A stretch of DNA of 64,000 nucleotides, taken from IMG/VR virus record IMGVR_UViG_3300032397_000001. One strand, written 5' to 3'. This DNA is from a virus. This document shows positions 30,027 through 41,335 of this stretch, piece after piece. Both the position numbers and the translations under genes were made by a program. How positions within the stretch are numbered: the stretch's first letter is position 1; each line of letters opens with the position of its first letter. The notes under the pieces are model-generated. The model saw only the letters and a program-made list of their open reading frames with translations. It ran no database searches and was not told the origin of the DNA.

Positions 30027-30936
30027 ATGATCCATGGAGCAAAGCCTGTATATCGAGATAAACTGGTTGCTCAATTCAAACTTCCAAATGGGAAATTAGT
30101 CCGTCAAGGGTTACGTGTTCCCAAAGATTGCCCCTTAACGAAAGAGGAGCGACGAATATATATCAAGCTTGGTGCTGTAAAGTTGGTCAAAGCTCTTATG
30201 AAAGGGAGGGGTTTAAGTCTTCAGGAGAGTGTCGACCTTCTTGAGGCAAGTAGGTGAGGGAGAAGGCCATGCGAGGAAAGGCTGAGCGTCGAGAACAGCG
30301 GATCCGGTTGAAGGGCCATGGGCTGGCGGAGGATCTCGTCAGTTATTACAACGTCCTCATACAGTCGCCGGTCTGGGGCTCGTGGCGTGGGACGTACCTA
30401 GAGGCCCGGATGAATACCATGCGTGACCAGGCCGCAAAGGAGGACCAAAATGATATGTAAGGAGTGTGGAGAGTATTGGACACCTCCCATCGGGTGGTAT
30501 CTGATACATCCGGTCGAAGAGTCTATCTGTGCCTCATGTCTTTTGATACTTCAACCGCCCTACGGGGCAAGGAAAGGAGAACCACATGGAATGCAGAGAG
30601 TGCGGTAGAGACATTGACGAGCGAATCGGGGAGTGCCGGTGGACGGATTGTCATCCGTCTACGCTCTGCTGTAGAGCGGACATTTCCAACGCCACCGAGA
30701 AGGGGCACGACTCCGATTGTGGCGGAGACCCTCAGGCGGGTTGGCTTGTCTGCCCAACCTGTCGCAGGATTTGGACTTATCGGGCCGGATCAACTCCCCG
30801 CCGGACAGAGGAGTTTGAGAGACTGCCTGATGGGCAGACCGCAAAGATTCGAAGGAGAGTCGAGGATGCTCTCCGTAAGAATCCCAATGGGGTGATCCGG
30901 GTAGCGGCTCTGCTCGGAGTCTCACTCGCCGAGTAG
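30027..30936 (+). other. small hypothetical genes (30027, 30254, 30450, 30586), GC-richer from about 30250
   Basis: coupled ORFs; 30586 has Zn-finger CxxC motifs. Confidence 0.6.
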
Positions 30937-31089
30937 CCCACCGGATCGGACTACGACGAGTGGGGATACTCAGACCTTTCCGAGATCGAGACAGTCAGAA
31001 ACCGCATGGGCCTTGAAATGGAGCGTGATCTGTACTTTAAGCCGTGTCCTGTCAGCACTTGCATCGCAAAGTCAGCAAGCAATCGATGA
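30937..31089 (+). pseudogene. DUF2958-like C-terminal fragment
   Basis: DEWGYSDLSEIETVRNRMGLEMERDLYFKP; no start; in frame behind TAG 30934; ATGA-coupled to 31086. Confidence 0.6.
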
Positions 31090-31400
31090 ACGAAACCAAG
31101 CAAGAAATAAACAAAGAGACACTTCCTGTTAAGGAAGTGAAGTACATATTTATCGAGATAGCACCTGACAATCAGGAAATTACAGGATTCAACATTTTTG
31201 ATAGTGAGCGAGATCTTCTGAAGTTCTTGAAGAGATATCTTATTAACATTAATGTTCCTGGAGTAAGACGATTGACAACTCTGAAAGATATCTTCGATCA
31301 TTGTGATTGGTTTACATGGGGTGGCAATGATCGTCGAATGATTTTTGTAGGTAAGATTGAAGACGGCAAATTTCAGGGGTTGCCTTTAGAAGAGGGGTAA
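31086..31400 (+). CDS. hypothetical protein
   Basis: ORF starting MNETKQ. Confidence 0.6.
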   Translation: MNETKQEINKETLPVKEVKYIFIEIAPDNQEITGFNIFDSERDLLKFLKRYLININVPGVRRLTTLKDIFDHCDWFTWGGNDRRMIFVGKIEDGKFQGLPLEEG

Positions 31401-31407
31401 GATAATA

Positions 31408-31683
31408 ATGTGGCTTCAATTCTGGAAGAAGGCGTCAAGCGGTGCCATCCATATTTTTAATCATTATGTATGGTGTGATGAGGCAACTAAGGAGAGTATT
31501 AAGGAGAGACTAGAAATGTGGGCTGAGTCTATGCCAGGTGGCTCAGAGCATAGATGTAAATTTGGTTATATGATACTGAAGCGTCCTCCTCCAAGGAAAT
31601 GGATTGAAGATGAGATTAAGAGAGTACGAGATCGTATAAAGGAAGATCAAAAACATTTGAGTTTTTTGTTGGGGATAAAGTAA
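31408..31683 (+). CDS. hypothetical protein
   Basis: GAGGGG RBS. Confidence 0.6.
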   Translation: MWLQFWKKASSGAIHIFNHYVWCDEATKESIKERLEMWAESMPGGSEHRCKFGYMILKRPPPRKWIEDEIKRVRDRIKEDQKHLSFLLGIK

Positions 31684-32411
31684 TGAAGATTCTTTCTGTA
31701 GATTGGGATTATTTCTTCCCTAACCTTTTAGGTTATGATTGGGGCCATAGAGAAGGTGATGTACGCTTTCAAGAACTTCTTTGGTTTTTTCGAGTTTATA
31801 ATCGTAACATGTTAACTGGCAAGTTTGCAATAGATGAGGTTCAACCCAGTCGAAGGCGCCTATATAAATTTTGGGAAAGAGTTTGCACTCATGCGCCTAA
31901 AGAGCTTGTCATTGTAGATAGCCATCAGGAAATTTATGATTTATGTATGTTTCATGAAGTGTATAATTTTGACGCTCATCATGACTTGTATGATGAAGGC
32001 AAATTATCATGCGAGAACTGGGCTCGTCTAGCGCTTATCAATAATCATATAACTAAATATGTTCTTATTTATCCTCCGTGGCATAGAAAGCTTGAAAGTA
32101 ATGATAAGCATCTTTTGGATTTGAAAGGTGTTGAAGTCTTCAATAGAATACCAAGAGGTTTTCCACATAAGTTTGATCGTGTATTTATTTGTAGGTCATC
32201 AGCATGGACCCCCCCATGGTGTGATAAGAGCTGGTTGAGATTTATAGGATACTGGCAGATATTTCCTGATCTTTGGAATACTCGCTTAACTTGTGATTTC
32301 GTTCAGAAGAAGCGTAATGTCGATTTTGAGCATGCTAAGCGGTTAAAAGAAGAAATAGCCAAGCTTACCAGGAGAGATACAGATGGAACTGACAAAGGAA
32401 ATGTTGGATAA
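31683..32411 (+). CDS. UPF0489/arginase-like metallohydrolase-fold protein
   Basis: LSVDWDYFF, DSH, NFDAHHD, CENW, CRSSAWTPP. Confidence 0.6.
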   Translation: MKILSVDWDYFFPNLLGYDWGHREGDVRFQELLWFFRVYNRNMLTGKFAIDEVQPSRRRLYKFWERVCTHAPKELVIVDSHQEIYDLCMFHEVYNFDAHHDLYDEGKLSCENWARLALINNHITKYVLIYPPWHRKLESNDKHLLDLKGVEVFNRIPRGFPHKFDRVFICRSSAWTPPWCDKSWLRFIGYWQIFPDLWNTRLTCDFVQKKRNVDFEHAKRLKEEIAKLTRRDTDGTDKGNVG

Positions 32412-32874
32412 GTTTTTGCATAATATCATGTATTCTGTAAGAGATGTACTAAGCGATGCTGGAAGTATATCTTCTCATTGTATACTGATCATGGAAAATG
32501 GAGATACAGGAATTGTGTATTTTGATTTTTGTGGTGATAACGAAAAAATAGCAACATATAGAGCACTCAAACAGATAATGATAGAACAGAAGCCAATCAT
32601 AGTAGTTTTTATAACTGAAGTATGGGTGGCACGGGCCTATGAAGGAGAGCAGGTAACATTGCCGCCACGAGATGATCCTAACAAAATGGAAGCTGTAATG
32701 TGTACAGGCGTAAGTGATGGGTACTTCGAGTTGTTGATACAAAATTTTGAGAGAACCAAAGATGGCAAACCAGTTGTGACTAAAGAGCCTTACTTTCTTG
32801 ATCAGTTTATACCTCGTGATTTAGCAGTCCTTTTTGATGGTTTCTATAAGTTACCAGGAGTATCAGGTAACTGA
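32383..32874 (+). CDS. conserved hypothetical phage protein
   Basis: VFITEVW...PRDDPNKMEAV pattern. Confidence 0.65.
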   Translation: MELTKEMLDKFLHNIMYSVRDVLSDAGSISSHCILIMENGDTGIVYFDFCGDNEKIATYRALKQIMIEQKPIIVVFITEVWVARAYEGEQVTLPPRDDPNKMEAVMCTGVSDGYFELLIQNFERTKDGKPVVTKEPYFLDQFIPRDLAVLFDGFYKLPGVSGN

Positions 32875-32884
32875 GGAGGGGATA

Positions 32885-33073
32885 ATGTTGACAGAAAAAC
32901 AGAAAGAAGAGATAAAGGAGTTAGTCACAAGAAAGGAGTTATCTGCAAGCACCAAACTTTATATATGTCTTCTGAGGTATTAGGAGGATATATTCCTCGT
33001 TGAAGGGGAGAATCTTTTAGATGAAGACTGGAACTGGGTAAAGAGGCAACTAATAATGGAAAAGATGATTTAA
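32885..33073 (+). pseudogene. 62-codon frame interrupted by one TAG (32981)
   Basis: GAGGAGG RBS; the frame fills the gap exactly up to the next RBS. Confidence 0.45.
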
Positions 33074-33084
33074 GGAGAACGAAA

Positions 33085-33798
33085 ATGTCAGAAGAATTCA
33101 AGAAAGCGTTTGTCACAACGCCGGGTGCTGTGGGTACCTTAGAGAGTGATATTACCTCTGAGGCTCTTTATCCCCTTGGTTTACCTGTCAAGGCAAAATC
33201 GTCTGCGGGTGGCCGAACTCTGGTAATAGAGCCAAAGGGATCTCAAGTTATCTTTAAGGATGAAGACTTGAGGTACATTCTAGATCCATATCAATTAACA
33301 ACTCATCAACAACGTAAAGTTCTTGAAGATCATCTTTGGAATGAGCAGTGGGGATTTCACACTCGGGATCCTGAATTCACGGATTGGATTCTTCCCAAGC
33401 TTATAGATGAGTTTGGATCAGATTCTTTCTGTGATTGGGAAGTAGATGGGCTATCATCGAAAATGATTAAAGTGGTTGTTGAGATGGCGCGTGATCTTAT
33501 GAACGATAACTTTAATGTGAATCTGCAGAGACTTATGAATGCTGTGGTAGATATCACGTTAATGATTTTAGCTGAATCTGAATTTGCGGATGATGATCAA
33601 ATGGAACAGGCTGCTCGTGATACTACATATTATATCTTTGAGATGTTAACCACACATAGATATGTCCCTTCAGGTGTCAACTGGTATGATCCCAACGAAG
33701 CCGAAAAGAAAATTCGAGATCAGGAAAGGATTGAGAAATTTGAAGATGATAGGTTATTTGAAGATGATGAGTTATTTGAGGAGGAAGGGGAGGCTTGA
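33085..33798 (+). CDS. acidic hypothetical protein
   Basis: 237 aa, AAGGAG RBS, acidic tail. Confidence 0.7.
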   Translation: MSEEFKKAFVTTPGAVGTLESDITSEALYPLGLPVKAKSSAGGRTLVIEPKGSQVIFKDEDLRYILDPYQLTTHQQRKVLEDHLWNEQWGFHTRDPEFTDWILPKLIDEFGSDSFCDWEVDGLSSKMIKVVVEMARDLMNDNFNVNLQRLMNAVVDITLMILAESEFADDDQMEQAARDTTYYIFEMLTTHRYVPSGVNWYDPNEAEKKIRDQERIEKFEDDRLFEDDELFEEEGEA

Positions 33799-34152
33799 AT
33801 GGTAATAGGAATAGTTGGAACTCGACGTAGAGATAGTTCGGGCGACTATGACTTAGTCGAGCAAGCATTTCTACAGGTTTACAAGCTAGGGGATGAGATT
33901 GTTTCTGGTGGTTGTCATTCTGGAGCTGATCGATTTGCTGAAATGATAGCTCGTAGGTTTGACATACCGATCACGATTTATTATGCTGACTGGATTCATA
34001 AAGGGAGTTCAGCAGGATTCCAACGTAATAGTTTGATTGCTCGGGACGCCGATATCTTAATAGCTTGTGCATCATCTGATCGTATAGGCGGCACTGAAGA
34101 TACAATCCGAAAGTTTCAGAAAGCAGGAAAGACTCAACTTGTCTTAGTTTAA
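33799..34152 (+). CDS. SLOG-superfamily (DprA/YspA-like) nucleotide-binding protein
   Basis: IGIVGTR, IVSGGCHSGADRFAE, AGFQRNSLIA, GGTEDTI. Confidence 0.8.
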   Translation: MVIGIVGTRRRDSSGDYDLVEQAFLQVYKLGDEIVSGGCHSGADRFAEMIARRFDIPITIYYADWIHKGSSAGFQRNSLIARDADILIACASSDRIGGTEDTIRKFQKAGKTQLVLV

Positions 34153-34164
34153 GGAAAATGAGCA

Positions 34165-37100
34165 ATGTTTGATTTAAAATTGATTCTTGAGTCAGCAAAG
34201 GATACCAAAGATCCATCAGAGTTATCCAACATACAAGTAGTTGCGCTTTTACTGGATATGATTATCTGTGACTATTTAGGCTTTTTAAGAGAGTCACAAA
34301 AAAATATGCCGGAGGATGAAATAGATAAAGGTTTACCTGAAACCCTTATCCGAGCATCTGTTATTGTTGCGAAAAGGTTTAAATTCACAACGCAATCTAT
34401 AATAGCATTTTTTGATCATGCTGTTGGGGACATCTCTGATTGTCTTTGAGGAATCTTAGAATGTCTGATAAGATTCAATTGACAACCGCTGATGGTGAAT
34501 GTATAGGTATATCAGAAATCTTACAAATACAGAAAGGTCTTGAAATACGCAAAGGAGTGATTGAACCGACGATTAGTGAGTTACGCAAGTCAATCCCTAA
34601 AGCTGGAAGAAAGGGGGGTAAAATACGACTTTGGGATGATGGTTGTAAGAATGGGCGAGTGAGATATTTATCAGACAAGGAGATTAGAGAAATGGAACCG
34701 CAATTAGGTGAATCAACAGGGGCAACATCTCGGGTAATTCAGGTTAGTAGGTCTGACAGAAGTGAGATGAGACTGAATGCGTTATACAATTTTGTAAAGA
34801 AATTCATTGATGAGTCGGGCTTCTATTCACATTCAGAACACGGAAGGAAGAATCATCAACTCGTTGCGCAGTACCTTGAGGGTACAATTAGTGGAAAGAT
34901 AGAGTCATACGTAGAAGGCCCTGTTTACAAAGATCTTGAGAGACTTGTGTCTCGTAAGTGGTTGGAAGTCAAAGGAGAGGCAAAGAGTAAAACCTTAGTG
35001 TATTATCTTGGAACTCCTGACGATCCTGGTGAGCCTTTATCAGAGGTTGAGGTTCGTGAAAAAGAACCGCCTGTTTGGAATAGAGTCACTAATTTAGGAC
35101 AGCTTGAGAGAATCAGTGAAAAGGGGTCTGACCTGAGCAAGATCATTATGGAGTTCGGTGAACTCAAGATTACTGTTGAGTTCATCAAGAGAGAGTAAAA
35201 GAGGTGAACTAAGATGTTAACTAATGAAGAAGCGTCCAGAGAAAATGTAACTGTCGGTGATTTCTGTTCTAACAATGGATTCTTCATCTATGAAAACGAT
35301 GAATGTCTGGTTATTGCGAGTCGACCAGATTGGGTGCGAAGTCCTTTGAGTAGACAGAAATTATATATCAAAGATATGCACGCATTAAAAGAACCTCGCA
35401 AATGTCCAATGTGCCAATTCGAATCGAGACACGGTATTATAACGTTGCAATCAAATCCAGACAATATAGGATTTGTTCTTGTTTGTAGAAGCTGCAAACA
35501 GTTCGTGTGGCTAAGAGCAATCAAGGAGTCCACATCATGACCCGAGAAGAGGTGGAATTAGCCTTGAAGATTCAGCGGTGGATGGATAATAGACCTGAGG
35601 ATTTACCTGAACAATTGCTGGATGCTCTAGTAGACGCGGTAGACTCTTATATTAGAGAAGGGATATCTGTACTCCCAGCAGACCAGCAGGAGATGATCTT
35701 TGATGAAGATGTGATCAAAGTACTGGAAGTATGACTCAAGGAAAATTCAGAGGGGATAAGTGGACAACACAAAAGGAGGAAGTACTATGAAGGCAACAGT
35801 AAAGGCTAGGTACGAAAAAGACAGCAGGCGGTATCACCGGTACTCGATTGTGTCCAACAGTGAAGGAGTGGTAGGTACCTTGTATCTGCTCAAGAGTTCT
35901 ATAGGTACTCCTATAGAAATTTCAGTAACCATTTCGACGGAGGAGAAGAGCGATGCCGACCACTTACCTGGAGGGAGTTCGTAAGAATTCACCTTACCTT
36001 CGAGACTGTAACGATGTTAATGTTCTTGAACTGAAAGGCTCTCTTGCAGATCTAAAGGAGGCTGCGATTACTATCTTTCATGCTTGGCGTAAAGCTGATC
36101 AAGCACATCGGAAAGAATTCTTTTTGGATCTTATCAATGAGGTGTGCCGGTATGCTATCATTGAGTATGATTGGAAACCTAAGAATGTCAATGACGAAAT
36201 TGCAAAGGTTATGTTTGAATCCATCGGTCAAGCACTCAAGAGAGCTTCAGGGTGGTAGAAAGAAAGTCTGTAAAGGAGTATAAGGAAATTGCTCGCCAGA
36301 TTTATGTGCAGTATATATTGACATATGGGCAGAGAAATTTTCTTAACGTGTCAAGTATATGCGCATATGAAATTGCGCGAGCTGTCAATGGAGTAATCTG
36401 TTCAGCGGAACTTAATATACAATCGGAACATCAAGAGAAGGGTTTTATTGGTTCATACTATTTTGTAGTGGTTCCAGGAATGGGAGAAATTGACCCTTTT
36501 ATAGAGGATATTAAAGCAGATTCAAATATTGCCTTCGCAACTAGAGAGAATATGCATATTGTGAAATACGAAGAATTTATGTTTGAGCTTAAGGGGAGAG
36601 AACATTTTTATTTAGGTGCTAGCAGTTTCTATGTAGACAAGGGAGGATAAATCAATGCCGGAAGAGAAAATGTATTTTTTCATCGCAAGGGTTCCTGATA
36701 CTACTACTCGGATGACGCAAAACAGATACTGCGCCAATGATTGGTTGTGTTATATCTTGTCAACTCTCTTGTTCGTCTTCATTAATTGAAGCCAGAAAGA
36801 TTGGCTCTGGGCAAGTTCAACCAGAATGGAAATATGTTGTTAGCAAGGCCCACACTTTAGATTATGAGTTATCTGATAAGGAAAGAAAAGAAGATGGTGA
36901 GTGAGGTACTCATGAATTGTTCATCTTGTAATAAGGTTATCTCAGAGCAGGAAATGTTCCTCGGGAATGGGGGGCTTTTTTGTCGGAACTGTGCTCTTTT
37001 ACGGCGTCAATTAAATATATCTGATAAGATAGTTAACTGCTTTCTTGATGAGGCGTGTCAAGAGGACTACTCTTTTTCTAATGTGAGGGCATTCAAACAT

Positions 37101-37346
37101 GTTTCACAAATTCATGTAAGTGATCAATTAAAACTTGTCATTGAGAGTTGGGTTAACAAAGGAATGGGTGTCGCAGTCTTTCGATGTGAAGAGAAAGATA
37201 AGCTTCATCGATTAATTTGTTCATATGGTAACTCAGAGGAAGCGTGTGTAAATGTTCCTGTGTTACCTTTGGATACAGAGTTTATTGTAGAGGGTGATGA
37301 ATGTAAATATAGATTAATTGGAGTTGTCTTTCCAAGGAGCCTCTAA
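34165..37346 (+). other. run of about 8 hypothetical genes (34165, 34461, 35214, 35537, 35787, 35953, 36252, 36894)
   Basis: coupled ORFs with RBSs. Confidence 0.65.
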
Positions 37347-37792
37347 TGAGTCAGGAGATAAGTATTTCTTGGAGTCAGTTTGAGGAAGACTGTAAAACAC
37401 TTGCTCGTAAAATCATTTCATGTGAAATGCCTTTTGAGGCAATGGTTGTTCTGACACGTGGAGGGCTATGTGTAGCTGGTGTATTGTCGAATATATTAAG
37501 GATAAAGAATGTTAGCACATTGTGTCTTGAGTCATACAAGAATAAAGGATGGAGTAAATTCAATATTCTTTCGACACCTAACATCGGTCTTCCTGAAAAA
37601 GCCAGTATATTAATTGTAGATGATTTGGTACATACTGGTCGAAGTATGGGGTTTGCAATCAATTATGTATTAGGTCAAGGGTATCAAACTCATTCAGCAG
37701 TCTTGTATAATAAGAATGAGTTTCTCTCCTTCGAGTTTTATGTAAGAAGGTATCCTATTGATACTTGGATTGAGTTTCCGTGGGAAAAATGA
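37346..37792 (+). CDS. type I phosphoribosyltransferase (xanthine/guanine PRT-like)
   Basis: ISWSQF, TRGGL, ILIVDDLVHTGRSM, WIEFPWE. Confidence 0.88.
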   Translation: MSQEISISWSQFEEDCKTLARKIISCEMPFEAMVVLTRGGLCVAGVLSNILRIKNVSTLCLESYKNKGWSKFNILSTPNIGLPEKASILIVDDLVHTGRSMGFAINYVLGQGYQTHSAVLYNKNEFLSFEFYVRRYPIDTWIEFPWEK

Positions 37793-38132
37793 TGAGAAAA
37801 ATTTTAGTGAAAACAGTATATAAGTGTGTTAACTGCCAGAGTTTTCACTCATTCTATAACGGGAAAGTACCTTTGCGTAAATGTTACTACAAAGATGAAA
37901 GAGAGCCGAGAGCTGCGAAGCAAGATAAACTTTAAAGCTCGAGGTGCAATCATGAAGGAGACAAAGTCTGAAGTACAAATTAATGGCTTCTTCCATTGTA
38001 AGTTCTGCGGAAAGTATGCGAGTAAGAAATTCTTCCTTTTTGATGAAGGACATCATAAGGTAGGTATTATCATTTGTAAGTTGTGTGGTAAAGTAACTGA
38101 GATAGGAAAAATGGTAGAGGAGGAGGCACAAA

Positions 38133-38456
38133 GTGGAACCCTTAAAGAACATCCGATTGGTACATGAATCCTGTTCGGCAAAAATGAGAAGTAACTATAG
38201 TCATATTCCACCTGACTTTATAGTAGGAAAGTATGCGAAGTTAGCTTTCAAAGATGATAACGGTATGTATACTGAACATATGTGGATTAAAGTTTTTCAG
38301 TATGATAAAGGGAAAGAACTTTTCTCAGGAGTTTTAGACAATGATCCTGTTATTGTTACTCATATAATATGTGGTGATAAAATTACCTTCTCGATTGATA
38401 AGATTGAGAGTCTACTTGATGGTAACCGTGAGATCAAAGGAGAGAATCATGAGTAA
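38133..38456 (+). CDS. DUF2314-like protein
   Basis: EHMWIKV...GVLDNDPV. Confidence 0.65.
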   Translation: MEPLKNIRLVHESCSAKMRSNYSHIPPDFIVGKYAKLAFKDDNGMYTEHMWIKVFQYDKGKELFSGVLDNDPVIVTHIICGDKITFSIDKIESLLDGNREIKGENHE

Positions 38457-38799
38457 GAATCATGAGGATCAATCACTAGTTGTAAGATTTTATCATATAA
38501 GAGATGATGACAAGAAACCAATTGTCACTGTTTGCGTGGTTTATAGCAAATCATCTGGGCACACTAGAAGAGGGGTAGCTCTTTGTTCATATAAAGATCA
38601 ACCAAATAAACGTATTGGGCGAGATATAGCTTTTGGGAGAGCCTTCGCTTCAACCACACTCACTGATAACTATAAAATCAAAAGAGGTGATATTAGAGAG
38701 GAAGCCAAGAAATTTCTTCTCGAAAATAACATTACATTGAAAAGCGACCATTGTCCAAAACTTACTGATTATGAAATGCGGCTCATTCATAAACCGTGA
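38449..38799 (+). CDS. conserved phage protein flanked by a 19-bp direct repeat
   Basis: GVALCSYKDQPNKRIGRDIAFGRA; AACCGTGAGATCAAAGGAG at 38424 and 38792. Confidence 0.7.
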   Translation: MSKNHEDQSLVVRFYHIRDDDKKPIVTVCVVYSKSSGHTRRGVALCSYKDQPNKRIGRDIAFGRAFASTTLTDNYKIKRGDIREEAKKFLLENNITLKSDHCPKLTDYEMRLIHKP

Positions 38800-38819
38800 G
38801 ATCAAAGGAGGCAAAGATC

Positions 38820-39026
38820 ATGAAGAAGAAGATTGTTAGTACAATCAATCTGACAGAACAGTGGTACAGCCCCAAGATGGTGTCTCGTATGATGCCAGAT
38901 GTGACTCCAGATGATGTCTGTCTTTGGGCTAGAAAGGGCTTTATCGCAGCACAGAAGAAAGGCCGCTGCTGGCGCATTCACAGACAGACAGCCCTTTCGC
39001 TTGCGCGTAATGGACGACCAGTATAA
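38820..39026 (+). CDS. excisionase-like HTH_17 DNA-binding protein
   Basis: PDDVCLWARKGFIAAQKKGRCWRI. Confidence 0.75.
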   Translation: MKKKIVSTINLTEQWYSPKMVSRMMPDVTPDDVCLWARKGFIAAQKKGRCWRIHRQTALSLARNGRPV

Positions 39027-39366
39027 AGGAATAAGGTAATGAGTGCAATGAGTTTAGCTCGTGATGTCTGTAGTCTTACTGCTACAGTAACAATTGCTTG
39101 GATTATAGTGTTAGTTTGGAAGTTCGTTTTATATATTGTTACCTATCAGGAGGATGATTGATGAGTTTACCTGGAGATGTTATTTATCTAGAAGCTGTTA
39201 TGCCGGGTGGAAAAGTGATAATAGGGTCATGGGTGCTTCCAGACAGAAGCCTAACAAATTTTGACGCACAAGCAGATATTGGGTGGCATATCATGCTGTG
39301 CATGTTAGATGGAGCTACTGAGGTCAAAGTTAGAGTGGATAAACCAAAGGAGAAGGAGGAGAAGAC

Positions 39367-39705
39367 ATGAGGGATATGGTGAGGGATTGGATTAAGGACC
39401 AAGAGAATGAGTGCTGCGAATATTTTGAGAAGAGTAAAAATGAAGCCCTCTCAGCCCTCGATGCAGAGCGTGCCGAGCACGCCCAAGTAAAGAAACAACT
39501 CCTTGACCTCAACAGTAGAATTCAAGATGAACTCAATGCTGCCAAATTTTCCCTAAATGATGTTCAGAGTCTAGTCGGGATACAGCAGGAGGAAGTCGCC
39601 AACCTCAAACAGCGCATCGCCGAGCTTGAGGCGCACCCATATCGAGAATATCAACTGCAGCTTGCGAGACTTTTGCATACAGAGGAGAAGGAGGAGAAGC
39701 CATGA
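39367..39705 (+). CDS. mosaic coiled-coil protein, scaffold family 1
   Basis: ALDAERAEHA...EVANLKQRIAELE...EKEEKP. Confidence 0.75.
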   Translation: MRDMVRDWIKDQENECCEYFEKSKNEALSALDAERAEHAQVKKQLLDLNSRIQDELNAAKFSLNDVQSLVGIQQEEVANLKQRIAELEAHPYREYQLQLARLLHTEEKEEKP

Positions 39706-40004
39706 GCGACGTTGTGCGTGACTTCCTCTGGAGCCAGAAGGTGCATGGCTGCTATGGGGCCGTGGATGCCCTTGTCGCCCTCGACGCAGAGCGTGTCGAG
39801 CACGCCAGGCAGGTTGAGGATATCAAGTTCCGCTGCACTTGGCTCCATAGCGATCTTGAGCAGCAGGTTGCCGACCTCAAGAGAGAACTGCGAGATACGA
39901 ACCACACGAACAATATGTGCATCGTCGACCTCCGGCAGCGCATCTCCGAGCTGGAGGCACAAAAATGTGGGTGTGGGTTGCTGGATGAGGAGGAGCAGCC
40001 ATGA
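39702..40004 (+). CDS. mosaic coiled-coil protein, family 1
   Basis: MSDVVRD...ALDAERVEHARQ...QVADL...QRISELE. Confidence 0.75.
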   Translation: MSDVVRDFLWSQKVHGCYGAVDALVALDAERVEHARQVEDIKFRCTWLHSDLEQQVADLKRELRDTNHTNNMCIVDLRQRISELEAQKCGCGLLDEEEQP

Positions 40005-40183
40005 TCGGGAGTATGGTGAAGCATGTCCTGCACAATTATGTCCCATGGCGCAGTCAAAACTCTCTATGGTATGAAGCCCTAGCCGACCTTGAAGCGTTGC
40101 AGGCGAGGGTGAAAGATCAAGAGCAGCGCATCGCCGACCTTGAGGCACAGCTTCAGGACGAGAAGGAGGAGGAGACCCCATGA
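40001..40183 (+). CDS. small protein with the family-1 C-terminal box
   Basis: QRIADLE...EKEEETP. Confidence 0.65.
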   Translation: MIGSMVKHVLHNYVPWRSQNSLWYEALADLEALQARVKDQEQRIADLEAQLQDEKEEETP

Positions 40184-40280
40184 CTTTTCCCGACTCATTT
40201 ATTATTGGCTGGCTACTGGGTGCAATCACCGGGTTGCTTGGAGCCCTACTGTATCTGAGTCTGTAAGGAGGGGAGAAGCC

Positions 40281-40769
40281 ATGAGCGACGTGACGCCTAT
40301 GTGTAAAGGGTGTGAAAAGTTATTTGCTCTGCTGACGGCAGAACGTGCCGAGCACGCAGGGCATATTGTCGATCTGGAACAACATATTAAAGCCCTCGAC
40401 ATTCGGTGGGACAAAAGAGAGTATGCCAAGGAGGTTGCCGACCTCAAAAAGGAACTTACCAGAGTGAGTTGTATGCATTCGGATGCACATGCGAAGGTGA
40501 TCAATTTGGAGAAGCAGGTTGATGACCTTCAGAGGACAATTGACTTTCTGAGGCAGCGCATCCACGAGCTGGATGCCGAACATGCCGAGCAAATTTCCGA
40601 CCTTGCGGAAGGTAACTTGCGTGTACAGCATGTTGCTGCTGTTGAAAATAGTAGGCTGAGACAGGAAGTTGCCTCTCTTCAAGAGCAAAACAACTTCCTT
40701 GTGTTAGAACTTGAGATTATATCTGAGTTAAAACAACAAATTGAAGTAAAAGTAAAACAACTTCCTTAA
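40281..40769 (+). CDS. mosaic coiled-coil protein, family 1 (repeated boxes)
   Basis: MSDV...AERAEHA...EVADL...QRIHELDAEHAEQ. Confidence 0.75.
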   Translation: MSDVTPMCKGCEKLFALLTAERAEHAGHIVDLEQHIKALDIRWDKREYAKEVADLKKELTRVSCMHSDAHAKVINLEKQVDDLQRTIDFLRQRIHELDAEHAEQISDLAEGNLRVQHVAAVENSRLRQEVASLQEQNNFLVLELEIISELKQQIEVKVKQLP

Positions 40770-40840
40770 TGAGTTAGATGAAAAGGGAATCTTCTGGAGA
40801 TATGGAAACTTAGGCTAATAAGGAATAAGGAATAAATAAA

Positions 40841-41252
40841 ATGAGATTGGATATTGTTATAGTTGCTAAAACAAAAGAAGAGTTTGTTGGCGCATTACAG
40901 TCTATGATAGAACAAGTTCAATTATCTAATACTCCATCTAATTCGTCTATGATTACTGAAGATGGAATAGATGTGGATTTTTCATTTACTGATTGTGATG
41001 ATATATATGCTGATATATCTAATTGTAAAGTAATTTTCCCCTCAGATTATTATGAAAGGGTAGCAAAAAATGAACAAGGAGATTAGTTTGAAGAAAGTTG
41101 CAAACTTAGGCTATGGACTTACTATCAAAAAGGATGATCTAGGATATTATTTAATTTTAAATAATGATAATAAAAATGTAATTGTATTGAATGGTCCTTG
41201 GTTAGATTGGGCGAAGAATGAAGAACGGTGGGAAGAACCGGGAACATGGTGA
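40841..41252 (+). other. two very AT-rich small genes (40841-41086, 41070-41252) inserted in the array
   Basis: abrupt composition shift; followed by a 14-bp repeat x3 (41253-41297). Confidence 0.6.
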
Positions 41253-41335
41253 CAGGATAGGTGAATCAGGACAGGTGAATCAGGACAGGTGAATCAGATT
41301 GCGAGACTTTTGCATACAGAGAAGGAGGAGAAGCC

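Noticed and set aside
30464-30895. Alternative 143-aa + strand ORF
   Set aside because: It overlaps better-supported RBS-bearing ORFs (30450, 30586) and is likely a GC-rich shadow frame
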